Assembly (NCBI GenBank): GCA_050015075.1
Contig: JBEKCB010000004.1
Coordinates: 96,001 to 160,000, forward strand
Length of the DNA stretch: 64,000 nt
Direction: 5' to 3'
Origin: Candidatus Brocadiia bacterium
Lineage (GTDB): Bacteria > Planctomycetota > Brocadiia > CAIUPP01
Made by a program: the position numbers and the translations under genes. Under the pieces are notes generated by a model. It searched no databases. It saw nothing but the letters and a program-made list of their open reading frames with translations, and was not told where the DNA came from. Positions 56,569-64,000 of the stretch are shown one piece after another (positions within the stretch are counted from its first letter, which is position 1; each line of letters begins with the position of its first letter).

Positions 56569-58074
56569 TCAGGGCATCTCGCAGCCCGCGCCGTAGGTCA
56601 GCGACTCCAGGCGGCTCAAACAGCTCGAAAGCCAACGGCGACCGAGCCAGGTCTCGCACTCTTCCAGAAGGCGGATCGCCAGGCATCCGCTCAACATCAG
56701 GAGCAGCAAGTATGCCGGCCATACGATGCGCTCCTGACCGTATAGTATCAGCGTGATCAGGAGGAAATTCACCAGGACGAAGGCGCAGCCCATGCGACCG
56801 GGATCGCGCCAGAGCTTGGCCAGTTCCCGGCGGAACGGCGCGCTGAGCAGTCCTGCGCCGAGAAGCGCCAGCCACAGGATAAAACTGACCACGAACGCCA
56901 GGTGAAGCACGAGCAGCGCCGCCAGGAGCACGGCCAATATTCCGAAGCGCATCCACGGCCGTGCGTTCAAACCGTCCATGAATATGCACGCCGTCACGAG
57001 CAACAGCAGCGCCATGAACCATCGCGGCGGCCGCTCCCAGGCCGCGTTCTCGAGCTTCCGGATCAGCGCCGTGGGCAAGTACGACGGGTGATCGGCATAG
57101 AATCCCACCACGAGCGATAACGCGGAACGCCCCGGCCGCTCCTTCAGCGCGCGGGAGTAAAAGCTGTTCGCGTCATCCTGCCACTGCGGGTTCCAATGAC
57201 CGCGAGACAATGTGTATTCGTTGTTCCCGGCCAGCAGGATGTCCGGTCCTTGCGTGGAAACGAACGTCGGCCGACCGGTACGAACCGTCGCGTATCCCGA
57301 CCACAAAGCGACCGGCACGACCGTGACCGCGATCGTCGTCATGACGGCGGACATGCGGTACGCCCTCGATCCGAAGGCGCGCAGGAACGCATACCCCAGG
57401 AAGAACGCGGGAAGGAAAATCAGCGAGCCCTTCACCAGCAGCGCCACGGCAAGGCTGGCGCCCAGCGCCATCCCGGCGATCCAGTCGCGCCGGCGCTGGA
57501 ACAGGACCCAGGCCGCCAGGACCAGGAAAACGCAGAGGCATATTAACACTTCGCTCAGGATGGCCAGCGCGGCGTCCGCATGCAAGTGGACCAGCGCGAT
57601 TCCGCCGATGATGCCTCCGGCAAAACCGCGCACGCCCAACAGGCCGTGTCCGAGGAGCGGCAGAAGCGCGGCCATCGCCACGAGCCCAAGCAACTGGAGG
57701 AGCATGACGATGTCCGGACGCACGCCGAAGAGCCGGTAAATAACCGCAAGCGCGACCGGATATCCGGGCGCCCGGTAAAAAGTTCCCGCTCCAGCGCCCT
57801 CTCCGGCTGCGGCAGGCCTGTTCCGGTCGTCGCGCGCGGCCGCCGGTTCGAAGGCATACTGCTCGGACGGCAGGATCTCCGCGACGTCGTACCGGTGCGC
57901 CTTCAAGAGGTTAACGGCCAACAACTGATAGTCGCGCGCGTCGGCGATAAACGAGGCGTTCGACGGGACCGGGTATTTGTGGAGCGCATACGCCGCCAGC
58001 GCGACAAACAGGGCGACAACAATGCCCCACCGCAATACGCAAGGGGATAGTTTGGGACTGGTGAGGACAGCCAC
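56569..58074 (-). CDS. ArnT/PMT-like (GT39/GT83, GT-C) membrane glycosyltransferase
   Basis: DARDY..LA.NL, YRAPGYP..LA.IY.LFG, LSEVL, LVK, multiple TM helices. Confidence 0.75.
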   Translation of the reverse strand: MAVLTSPKLSPCVLRWGIVVALFVALAAYALHKYPVPSNASFIADARDYQLLAVNLLKAHRYDVAEILPSEQYAFEPAAARDDRNRPAAAGEGAGAGTFYRAPGYPVALAVIYRLFGVRPDIVMLLQLLGLVAMAALLPLLGHGLLGVRGFAGGIIGGIALVHLHADAALAILSEVLICLCVFLVLAAWVLFQRRRDWIAGMALGASLAVALLVKGSLIFLPAFFLGYAFLRAFGSRAYRMSAVMTTIAVTVVPVALWSGYATVRTGRPTFVSTQGPDILLAGNNEYTLSRGHWNPQWQDDANSFYSRALKERPGRSALSLVVGFYADHPSYLPTALIRKLENAAWERPPRWFMALLLLVTACIFMDGLNARPWMRFGILAVLLAALLVLHLAFVVSFILWLALLGAGLLSAPFRRELAKLWRDPGRMGCAFVLVNFLLITLILYGQERIVWPAYLLLLMLSGCLAIRLLEECETWLGRRWLSSCLSRLESLTYGAGCEMP

Positions 58075-58092
58075 CCGTTTTAGCTCCGGCTT

Positions 58093-58149
58093 GTAGTGGC
58101 GCCGTCAGGCGCTATTTCGTATGCCCTGATGCCCTTGCGGGCACACTAC
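58093..58149. repeat. REP/REPIN-like element, family B copy 2
   Basis: GTAGTG-GCGCC-gtca-GGCGC...TGCCC-ttgc-GGGCA-CACTAC; its CTA supplies the TAG stop of the upstream Fe-S gene. Confidence 0.7.
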
Positions 58150-58922
58150 GAGCGGCCCGAGGTCCGCGCCAGTCGGGCGTTCGTCGCGGCGGCGCGTTTG
58201 CGCTTGCACGAATCGCAGAGGAGCGTGGCCGCGGCGAGCGACTCGCCGACCTTCTTGCGGACCCGATCGGCCATCGGCGCGCTGCCGATGACCGCGCCGC
58301 ACTCGGAGCATTTGAGGAGTTTGATGCGGCTCTTGAACGGCGAGATTTCGACCTCGTCCGCGTGCCAGCGCAGCTTGATGGTGCCGACGGGGCAGACGGC
58401 GGCGCAGGCGCCGCAGCCGACGCACGCCTCGGACGGCTGCAGGAACGGCGCCGCGACGACGCGGTTCACGCCGCGGTTGACGAACGAGATCGCGGACGCG
58501 CCGATGATCTCGCGGCAGACGTTCACGCAGAGCCCGCAGAGGATGCAGTCGCGCTGCGATTGCGTCACCGTCGGCAGCCGCCCGGCCTTGACGCCGAGCA
58601 GCTTCGCCATTTCCTTCAGCGGCTCCGATTCCGGCGCGCGCGCCAGGAGCAGTTCCATCACGCCGCGGCGCGCCTTGACGACTTTGTCGCTCGTGGTCGA
58701 GACGACCAGCCCGTCGCGGACGTTGTAGCAGCAGGAGGTGACGATGCGCGTCCGGCTGCCCTGCTTGACCTCGACCAGGCAGAGCCGGCACGCGCCGTAC
58801 GAAGCCACCGCCGGATGGTAGCAGAGCGCAGGGACGAAAATCCCCGCCGCGCGCGCCGCGTCGAGCACCGTCGCGCCGTCGCGAATCTCAACCGTCTTGC
58901 CGTCAATCGTCAGTTTCGCCAC
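58146..58922 (-). CDS. Short NuoG/HydA-N-terminal-like Fe-S protein ([2Fe-2S] + 2x[4Fe-4S]), no catalytic domain
   Basis: LTIDG, PALC...GACRLCLVE...SC, CILCGLCVNVC, CVGCGACAAVCP, terminal CSEC...CDSC; GTG 58922. Confidence 0.85.
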   Translation of the reverse strand: MAKLTIDGKTVEIRDGATVLDAARAAGIFVPALCYHPAVASYGACRLCLVEVKQGSRTRIVTSCCYNVRDGLVVSTTSDKVVKARRGVMELLLARAPESEPLKEMAKLLGVKAGRLPTVTQSQRDCILCGLCVNVCREIIGASAISFVNRGVNRVVAAPFLQPSEACVGCGACAAVCPVGTIKLRWHADEVEISPFKSRIKLLKCSECGAVIGSAPMADRVRKKVGESLAAATLLCDSCKRKRAAATNARLARTSGRS

Positions 58923-58934
58923 AGCCTCACCTTC

Positions 58935-59088
58935 ACCACCAAGGCACCAAGGCACAAAGACATGACGACTTCCACGACGGAATACACGGAGCACACCGAA
59001 TGAATTTCCTAAACAGCTTCAGTGTCTTCCGTGTGTTCCGTGGTTGCAATATCAGCTGACGTTCTTGGTGCCCTCGTGCCTTGGTGGT
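58935..59088. repeat. Nested composite palindrome (8-nt-unit outer arms, 9-nt-unit inner arms)
   Basis: Outer ACCACCAAGGCACCAAGGCACAAAGA / TCTTGGTGCCCTCGTGCCTTGGTGGT; inner CCACGACGGAATACACGGAGCACACCGAA / TTCAGTGTCTTCCGTGTGTTCCGTGGTT; solo outer arm at 22645-22670. Confidence 0.75.
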
Positions 59089-59093
59089 AAAAA

Positions 59094-60965
59094 CTAGACT
59101 TTCGCCACCGCCGAGAACGGGCAGACCTCGTAACATTTCCCGCACCGGGTGCACTTTGCGGCTTCGATGACGTGCGCCTGCTTGCGCTCGCCGGTGATGA
59201 TCTTCTCGGGGCATTCCTTCTTGCACAGGCCGCAGCCTTTGCATTTCTCGGCGACGATCTGGAACTTGAACAGCCCGCGGCACTCGTGCGCCGGGCAGTG
59301 GCGCTCGAGGATGTGCTCGTCGTATTCCTTGCGGAAATAATGGATGGTGCTGCGGATCGGGTTGCAGGCGGTATTGCCGAGCCCGCAGAGCGCGGCGACT
59401 TCGAGGATATCGCAGAGTTCCAGCAGCAGCTCCACGTCGCCCGGCTGGCCTTTGCCCGCGCAGATGCGCTCGAGGACGTGCAGCGCCTGGGCGACGCCTT
59501 CGCGGCAGGCGGTGCATTTCCCGCAGGACTCCTTGACGAGGAAGTCCAGGAAGTACCGCGCCACGCCGACCATGCAGGTGTCCTCGTCCATGACGATGAG
59601 GCCGCCGGAGCCCATCATCGAGCCGAGCTTCGTCAGCGCGTCGAAATCCACCGGCGTATCCAGCAGGCTCTCCGGGATGCATCCGCCGGACGGGCCGCCG
59701 GTCTGCACGGCCTTCAGCTTCCGCCCGCCGGGCACGCCGCCGCCGATGTCGCAGACGATCTCGCGCAGGCTCATGCCCATCGGCACCTCGACGAGGCCGG
59801 TGTTCGTGATCTTGCCGACGAGCGAGAAAACTTTGGTGCCCTTGCTGCCTTCGGTGCCGACGGAGGCGAACGCCTTCGCGCCGTTCGTGATGATGTACGG
59901 CACGTTCGCCCAGGTCTCGACGTTATTGAGCGTGGTCGGCTTGCCGTGGAGACCGACCTCGACGGTGTGGACGTACTTCGCGCGCGGCTCGCCGACCTTG
60001 CCCTCGAGCGAGGCCATCAGCGCGGTGGATTCGCCGCACACGAACGCGCCGCCGCCGCGGTTGATGCGGATGTCGAAGGAGAATCCCGAGCCGAGGATGT
60101 CCTCGCCGAGCAGCCCGTACCGGTGCGCGTCCTCGATCGCCTGGCGCAGCCGGACGACCGCCAGCGGGTATTCGTTGCGGACGTAGATGAAGCCCTGGTG
60201 CGAGCCGATGGCGAACGCGCCGATGATCATCCCCTCGATCACCGAGTGCGGCACGTCCTCCATGACCGAGCGGTCCATGAACGCGCCCGGGTCGCCTTCG
60301 TCGCCGTTGCAGATGACGTAGCGGACGTCGCCGTGCGCGTCGCGGCAGGTGCGCCACTTGCGGCCGGTCGGGAACCCGCCGCCACCGCGGCCGCGCAGGC
60401 CGGAAAGCTCGACTTCCTTGATGATCTGCTCGGGCGTCATCTCGGTCAGCGCCTTGGCGAGCGCGGCGTAACCGCCCATGGCGATGTAATCGTCAATGCT
60501 CGTCGGGTCAATGAACCCGTTGTAGCGCAGGACGAAGCGCGTCTGCCTGCGGTAGAAGGGAATCTCCTGGCTGGTGGCGACGCTCTTTCCGGTGTCCGGG
60601 TCCGCGTAGAGCAGCCGGGCGACGGCGCGCCCGCCGAGGATCGTCTCGCGCACGATCTCGGGCACGTCGGCCTCCTGAACGTTGCAATAGAGGATATTGC
60701 CGGGATGCACGATGAGGATCGGCCCGATCTCGCAGAAACCGTGGCAGCCGATGCGCTTGAGCTGCACGTCTTTGCCGCCGGCACGGACCTCCTCGACCGC
60801 CCCTTGCAAGGCCGCGAAGAGTCTGCCGGAACCTTTGACCTCGCATCCACCGCCCCGGCAGAGCGAAATCACCGTGCCGGTCGGCTTGCCGCGCGCGGCG
60901 GCCTCTTCGCGAAGGCGCGCCAGGTCGGCGGGCGAATTCAGCAGCCGTTCCGTCGCGACGATCAT
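59094..60965 (-). CDS. nuoF: NuoF/HydB-like NADH/FMN-binding subunit with N-terminal thioredoxin-like [2Fe-2S] and C-terminal 2x[4Fe-4S] domains
   Basis: GCHGFCEIGP, SGLRGRGGGGFPTG.KW, CNGDEGDPGAFMDR, GAFVCGE, ESCGKCTACREG, CKGCGLC...CTRCGKC. Confidence 0.9.
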   Translation of the reverse strand: MIVATERLLNSPADLARLREEAAARGKPTGTVISLCRGGGCEVKGSGRLFAALQGAVEEVRAGGKDVQLKRIGCHGFCEIGPILIVHPGNILYCNVQEADVPEIVRETILGGRAVARLLYADPDTGKSVATSQEIPFYRRQTRFVLRYNGFIDPTSIDDYIAMGGYAALAKALTEMTPEQIIKEVELSGLRGRGGGGFPTGRKWRTCRDAHGDVRYVICNGDEGDPGAFMDRSVMEDVPHSVIEGMIIGAFAIGSHQGFIYVRNEYPLAVVRLRQAIEDAHRYGLLGEDILGSGFSFDIRINRGGGAFVCGESTALMASLEGKVGEPRAKYVHTVEVGLHGKPTTLNNVETWANVPYIITNGAKAFASVGTEGSKGTKVFSLVGKITNTGLVEVPMGMSLREIVCDIGGGVPGGRKLKAVQTGGPSGGCIPESLLDTPVDFDALTKLGSMMGSGGLIVMDEDTCMVGVARYFLDFLVKESCGKCTACREGVAQALHVLERICAGKGQPGDVELLLELCDILEVAALCGLGNTACNPIRSTIHYFRKEYDEHILERHCPAHECRGLFKFQIVAEKCKGCGLCKKECPEKIITGERKQAHVIEAAKCTRCGKCYEVCPFSAVAKV

Positions 60966-61453
60966 GGCTTCTCCTTCGCGCCGTACTCGGCAAGGATCTC
61001 CGGCACCTGCGCGGGCGTCACCTTGCCGTAGTACTTCTCGTCAATCATCAGCACCGGCGCCAGCGCGCAGGCGCCGAGGCAGTTCACCGGCTGGTACGTG
61101 AACAGCCGGTCCTCCGTCGTGCCGCCCGGCTCGATCTTGAGCCGGCCCTGGATCGCTTCGGCCACCGCCTTCGCGCCCTTGAGGTAGCAGACGGTGCCGA
61201 CGCAGAGCGTGATGAGGTGCTTGCCGCGCGGCGTCAGCGAGAAGGTCGTATAGAACGTGGCGACGGAGTAGATGCGGCTGAGCGGCACGTCGAGGACTTC
61301 CGCCAGCCGCTTCATCGCCTCCGGCGGCACGTGCTCGTTCTCGGACTGGAGGTCCTGCAGCATCGGGATGAGGAAGTCCGGGTCGCGCCCGTAACGCGCG
61401 ACCACGGCATCCGCAGCGGCGCGGTAGTCGGGCTTTGCAGTCTTCGTCGGCAT
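60962..61453 (-). CDS. nuoE: NuoE/HydC-like [2Fe-2S] subunit
   Basis: VATFY..F, CVGTVC...NCLGAC.LAP. Confidence 0.9.
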   Translation of the reverse strand: MPTKTAKPDYRAAADAVVARYGRDPDFLIPMLQDLQSENEHVPPEAMKRLAEVLDVPLSRIYSVATFYTTFSLTPRGKHLITLCVGTVCYLKGAKAVAEAIQGRLKIEPGGTTEDRLFTYQPVNCLGACALAPVLMIDEKYYGKVTPAQVPEILAEYGAKEKP

Positions 61454-61485
61454 GGTTGCTTACTCAAAACGACGGCAGGGCCGGA

Positions 61486-61986
61486 TTATTTGCCGCGCAG
61501 AGCCGCGGCGGCTCGGCGTCGGGCTTCGAGGACCACGTCGTCCAGTTCCTTGAACTCCATCGCATGGGTCGGGCACGCGGCGACGCACGCCGGTTCCAGG
61601 CCGCGCGCCAACCGGTCGGCGCAGTTGTCGCACTTGATCACCGTCTTCCCGTCGGCGGTCTGGCGGACCATCCCGAACGGGCAGGCGACGATGCAGGACT
61701 TGCAGCCGATGCAGCGCTCGCGCGCCAGAAGGATCGGGCCTTCCTCGGTCTCGCGATAGATGGCGCCGCTGGGGCAAACCGCCAGGCAGGGCGCGTCCTC
61801 GCACTGATGGCAGACGAGCGGCACCGCCTCGGACTCGACCGCCAGCACGCCGCAGCCGGCCTGGGAGAAATTCACGGCGTTCAGGGGCGCATTCGCAGCC
61901 GCGCCCGCGCGCCGGTAAGAGCACTCCACCACGCACGAAAGGCACGCGTAGCACTTCTTCGAATCCACGACAATCGCCTTGCGCAT
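61486..61986 (-). CDS. 4Fe-4S dicluster electron-transfer protein (CooF/HydN-like)
   Basis: CYACLSCVVEC, CHQCEDAPCLAVCP, CIGCKSCIVACPFG, KCDNC...PACVAACP; ATG 61986 with GGAGG RBS. Confidence 0.88.
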   Translation of the reverse strand: MRKAIVVDSKKCYACLSCVVECSYRRAGAAANAPLNAVNFSQAGCGVLAVESEAVPLVCHQCEDAPCLAVCPSGAIYRETEEGPILLARERCIGCKSCIVACPFGMVRQTADGKTVIKCDNCADRLARGLEPACVAACPTHAMEFKELDDVVLEARRRAAAALRGK

Positions 61987-62040
61987 CCGCCGCAACCTCC
62001 GCCAGGGAACGTAGTTTTTCCGCCATGCGCCGCTCTATCC

Positions 62041-62134
62041 AGCTTACACCCGCACGGAAAAACTGTCAAGCGAGGGTCGGAAGCCGCAATGCGTTCAGAA
62101 ACAGCTTGACCTCACCGCCGGCCGCCGATATCCT
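62041..62134. promoter_or_regulatory. Divergent sigma70 promoter pair
   Basis: Minus: TTGACA (62069) - 17 - TAAGCT. Plus: TTGACC (62106) - 17 - TATCCT. Confidence 0.55.
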
Positions 62135-62197
62135 TCAGGCACAGGCGACTTTGGGCCGCTCGGCTAACGAGAATTCGTCCGGAATAAAGAATTCGAC

Positions 62198-63331
62198 ATG
62201 AAACGCAACTTGATACTGCTTCTCGCCCTGCTCGGTGTCATTGCTTTCCCTCAGTACGCCTGGGCGGATGCCGGGACGCCGCTGATGTGGGCCGGGATGC
62301 TTCATTTGGTTTTCGGGAATGCGCTGATCGGAGTGGCAGAAGGGTTGCTGCTCGGCTGGCTGTTCGCCGTCCCGCAACGCAAGGGCCTTCCGGCCATGAT
62401 CCTTGCGAACTACACCTCCGCGTGGCTCGGCGGCTTGGTCATCGGCGGCGCGATTGCACGATCAGTGCCGATGGACCTGAACAATGGGTGGACATGGTTC
62501 TGGATCATGGTCGTCGTCACATTCTGCATCACCCTGGTGCTGGAGTGGCCGTTCTTCGCATGGTGCTTCCGTGGCACGCAGGATTGGCTGAAACGCAGCG
62601 TGCGGGCCACTCTCCTCCTGGTGAGCGCATCCTATATCGTTCTGTTCGGCTGGTATTGGATGGCCAGCGGCACTTCTCTTTACACCACAATGCATATCGT
62701 CGCACCGGCCAATATTTCGCTTCCGGAGCAGGTGGTTGTCTATTACATCGCTCCGGCTGACGGCAATGTTTACAGGCGGCAGTTGGCAGGCGGAGGCGAG
62801 CAAAAGGTAAATGATCTGCACTCGACGGACGAGAACGACCGATTGTTCGTTCGGCCGAGTGCAGCGGACAAGAACCGCTGGGACCTGGTGGCACGCCTTC
62901 AACCGAAGGGGTATCCCGATCACCGCTTCGTAGACGTGCTGACGAATTTGCCGCTTGAGGCGGCGCCAGACTGGCGCAGCACTGGGATCAAGTCTCCTGA
63001 AGATGAGGATACATGGTTTAACTTCGGGAAGGTGCCGAGCCTTGGGAGCGCGACGAGCAGCCAATGGGAGTTCACGACCGGCTTTTGGCCAATGGCGGGG
63101 CTTCACGCCTTAAATAAGGCGACCGGCGAGGAAGAACGGTTCTCTTACGAGACTCTTTTTGGCGCCTGGATGATCCGAAACGCGGTTAACCTGCCCTCAG
63201 ACAAGGTCTTGTTTCAGTTGGGCGCTGACCAGATTTGCGCGTTTGATCCTGTGACTCGACGAGTCGCTTTGCTTTGGCACGGAAGAGGTCCGGTGCCGGT
63301 CATCCCCATGGCCAATGTCCTCGCGCAATGA
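62198..63331 (+). CDS. Hypothetical membrane protein (signal peptide, about 4 TM, C-terminal beta-rich soluble domain)
   Basis: Long ORF, AWA|DAGTPLMW, hydrophobic segments; visibly more A/T-ending codons than neighbours. Confidence 0.65.
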   Translation: MKRNLILLLALLGVIAFPQYAWADAGTPLMWAGMLHLVFGNALIGVAEGLLLGWLFAVPQRKGLPAMILANYTSAWLGGLVIGGAIARSVPMDLNNGWTWFWIMVVVTFCITLVLEWPFFAWCFRGTQDWLKRSVRATLLLVSASYIVLFGWYWMASGTSLYTTMHIVAPANISLPEQVVVYYIAPADGNVYRRQLAGGGEQKVNDLHSTDENDRLFVRPSAADKNRWDLVARLQPKGYPDHRFVDVLTNLPLEAAPDWRSTGIKSPEDEDTWFNFGKVPSLGSATSSQWEFTTGFWPMAGLHALNKATGEEERFSYETLFGAWMIRNAVNLPSDKVLFQLGADQICAFDPVTRRVALLWHGRGPVPVIPMANVLAQ

Positions 63332-63494
63332 TCAGATCGTTCAGGCCCTCGCCAGCTTGTCCTAAGTCTGCCCGACCCAAGACCGCTTGCGCGATGAAAG
63401 GCAGCGGGCTAATATGACCGCAGAGGATTCGATGCGGCTTTGGCTTGCTGCGCCGGGGGTTGGCTGCGGCTCGCGGTTGAGAGGTGATGTCCAA

Positions 63495-64000
63495 ATGAAA
63501 GACACCCGCCCGGAAGGCAATTCTGCACGCGACGCGCAGGCGACGCCGCACGTGTTCGGGCCGGTGCCCTCGCGCCGCCTGGGGCGGTCGCTCGGCGTGG
63601 ACTTGACGCCGCGCAAGGTCTGCTCCTTCGATTGCATCTACTGCCAGGTCGGCCGCACAACGCGCAAGACCACCGAGCGCGAGCAGTTCGTGGCCGCCGC
63701 CGATATCGTCGCCGAGGTCCGCCAGAAATTGAAGACAGTTCCCCGGCCGGATTTCATCACCCTCTCCGGCTCCGGCGAGCCGACGCTGCACGCCGGCATC
63801 GGCCAGATCATTGACGGCGTCAAGCAGATCACGGACGTGCCGGTGGCGGTGATGACGAACGGCTCGCTCTTCTACGACCCGGAAGTGCGCCGGGCCTGCC
63901 TGCACGCGGACCTCATTCTGCCGACCCTGGACGCCGGCGATGAGGAGACGTTCCAGGCGATCAACCGCCCGGCGGCGGGGCTGACGCTGGCGCGCGTCGT
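63495..64000 (+). CDS. Radical SAM protein, partial (COG0731-like)
   Basis: Manual translation: HVFGPVPSRRLGRSLGVDLTPRKVCSFDCIYCQVG (CxxxCxxC), ITLSGSGEPTL; GAGGTG RBS; runs off the window. Confidence 0.85.
   Translation, partial: MKDTRPEGNSARDAQATPHVFGPVPSRRLGRSLGVDLTPRKVCSFDCIYCQVGRTTRKTTEREQFVAAADIVAEVRQKLKTVPRPDFITLSGSGEPTLHAGIGQIIDGVKQITDVPVAVMTNGSLFYDPEVRRACLHADLILPTLDAGDEETFQAINRPAAGLTLARV

Noticed and set aside
58146-61453. [FeFe]-hydrogenase or respiratory complex I operon
   Set aside because: No H-cluster motifs (TSCCP, MPC..K..E, ExMACxxGC) and no membrane nuo subunits in the operon.

Overview
GC-rich bacterial chromosomal window. The polA-coaE-rho order, zinc-ribbon signal peptidase I, A|FTLVE pilin and secreted prenyltransferase-repeat protein suggest an anaerobic PVC-superphylum organism, probably Planctomycetota (inference). 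The outstanding feature is a 15-kb co-oriented locus (4882-20175) with ten paralogous ~395-aa clan-GH-A-like (beta/alpha)8 domains. Nine are stand-alone secreted proteins and one is fused behind a GH26 mannanase. They are interleaved with a DUF4038/GH140-like hydrolase and a TauE/SafE exporter. The copies keep both putative catalytic glutamates but vary at the predicted active-site loops, with mosaic sharing between copies. The rest is mostly housekeeping (aroB, rho, coaE, polA, argB/D/F, mlaEFD, rph, rdgB, ROK kinase, lepB, dksA-like). It also holds a sigma54 circuit (two NtrC-family regulators, three -24/-12 promoters, a type IV pilin), a tandem M28 peptidase pair in which one copy lost both ligands of one zinc site, and an orphan CooF-NuoE-NuoF-short NuoG redox operon. 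Several families of small intergenic palindromes occur, two of them nested. No rRNA, tRNA, CRISPR array, transposase, integrase or reverse transcriptase was recognised. All calls come from reading motifs by eye; no database searches were run.
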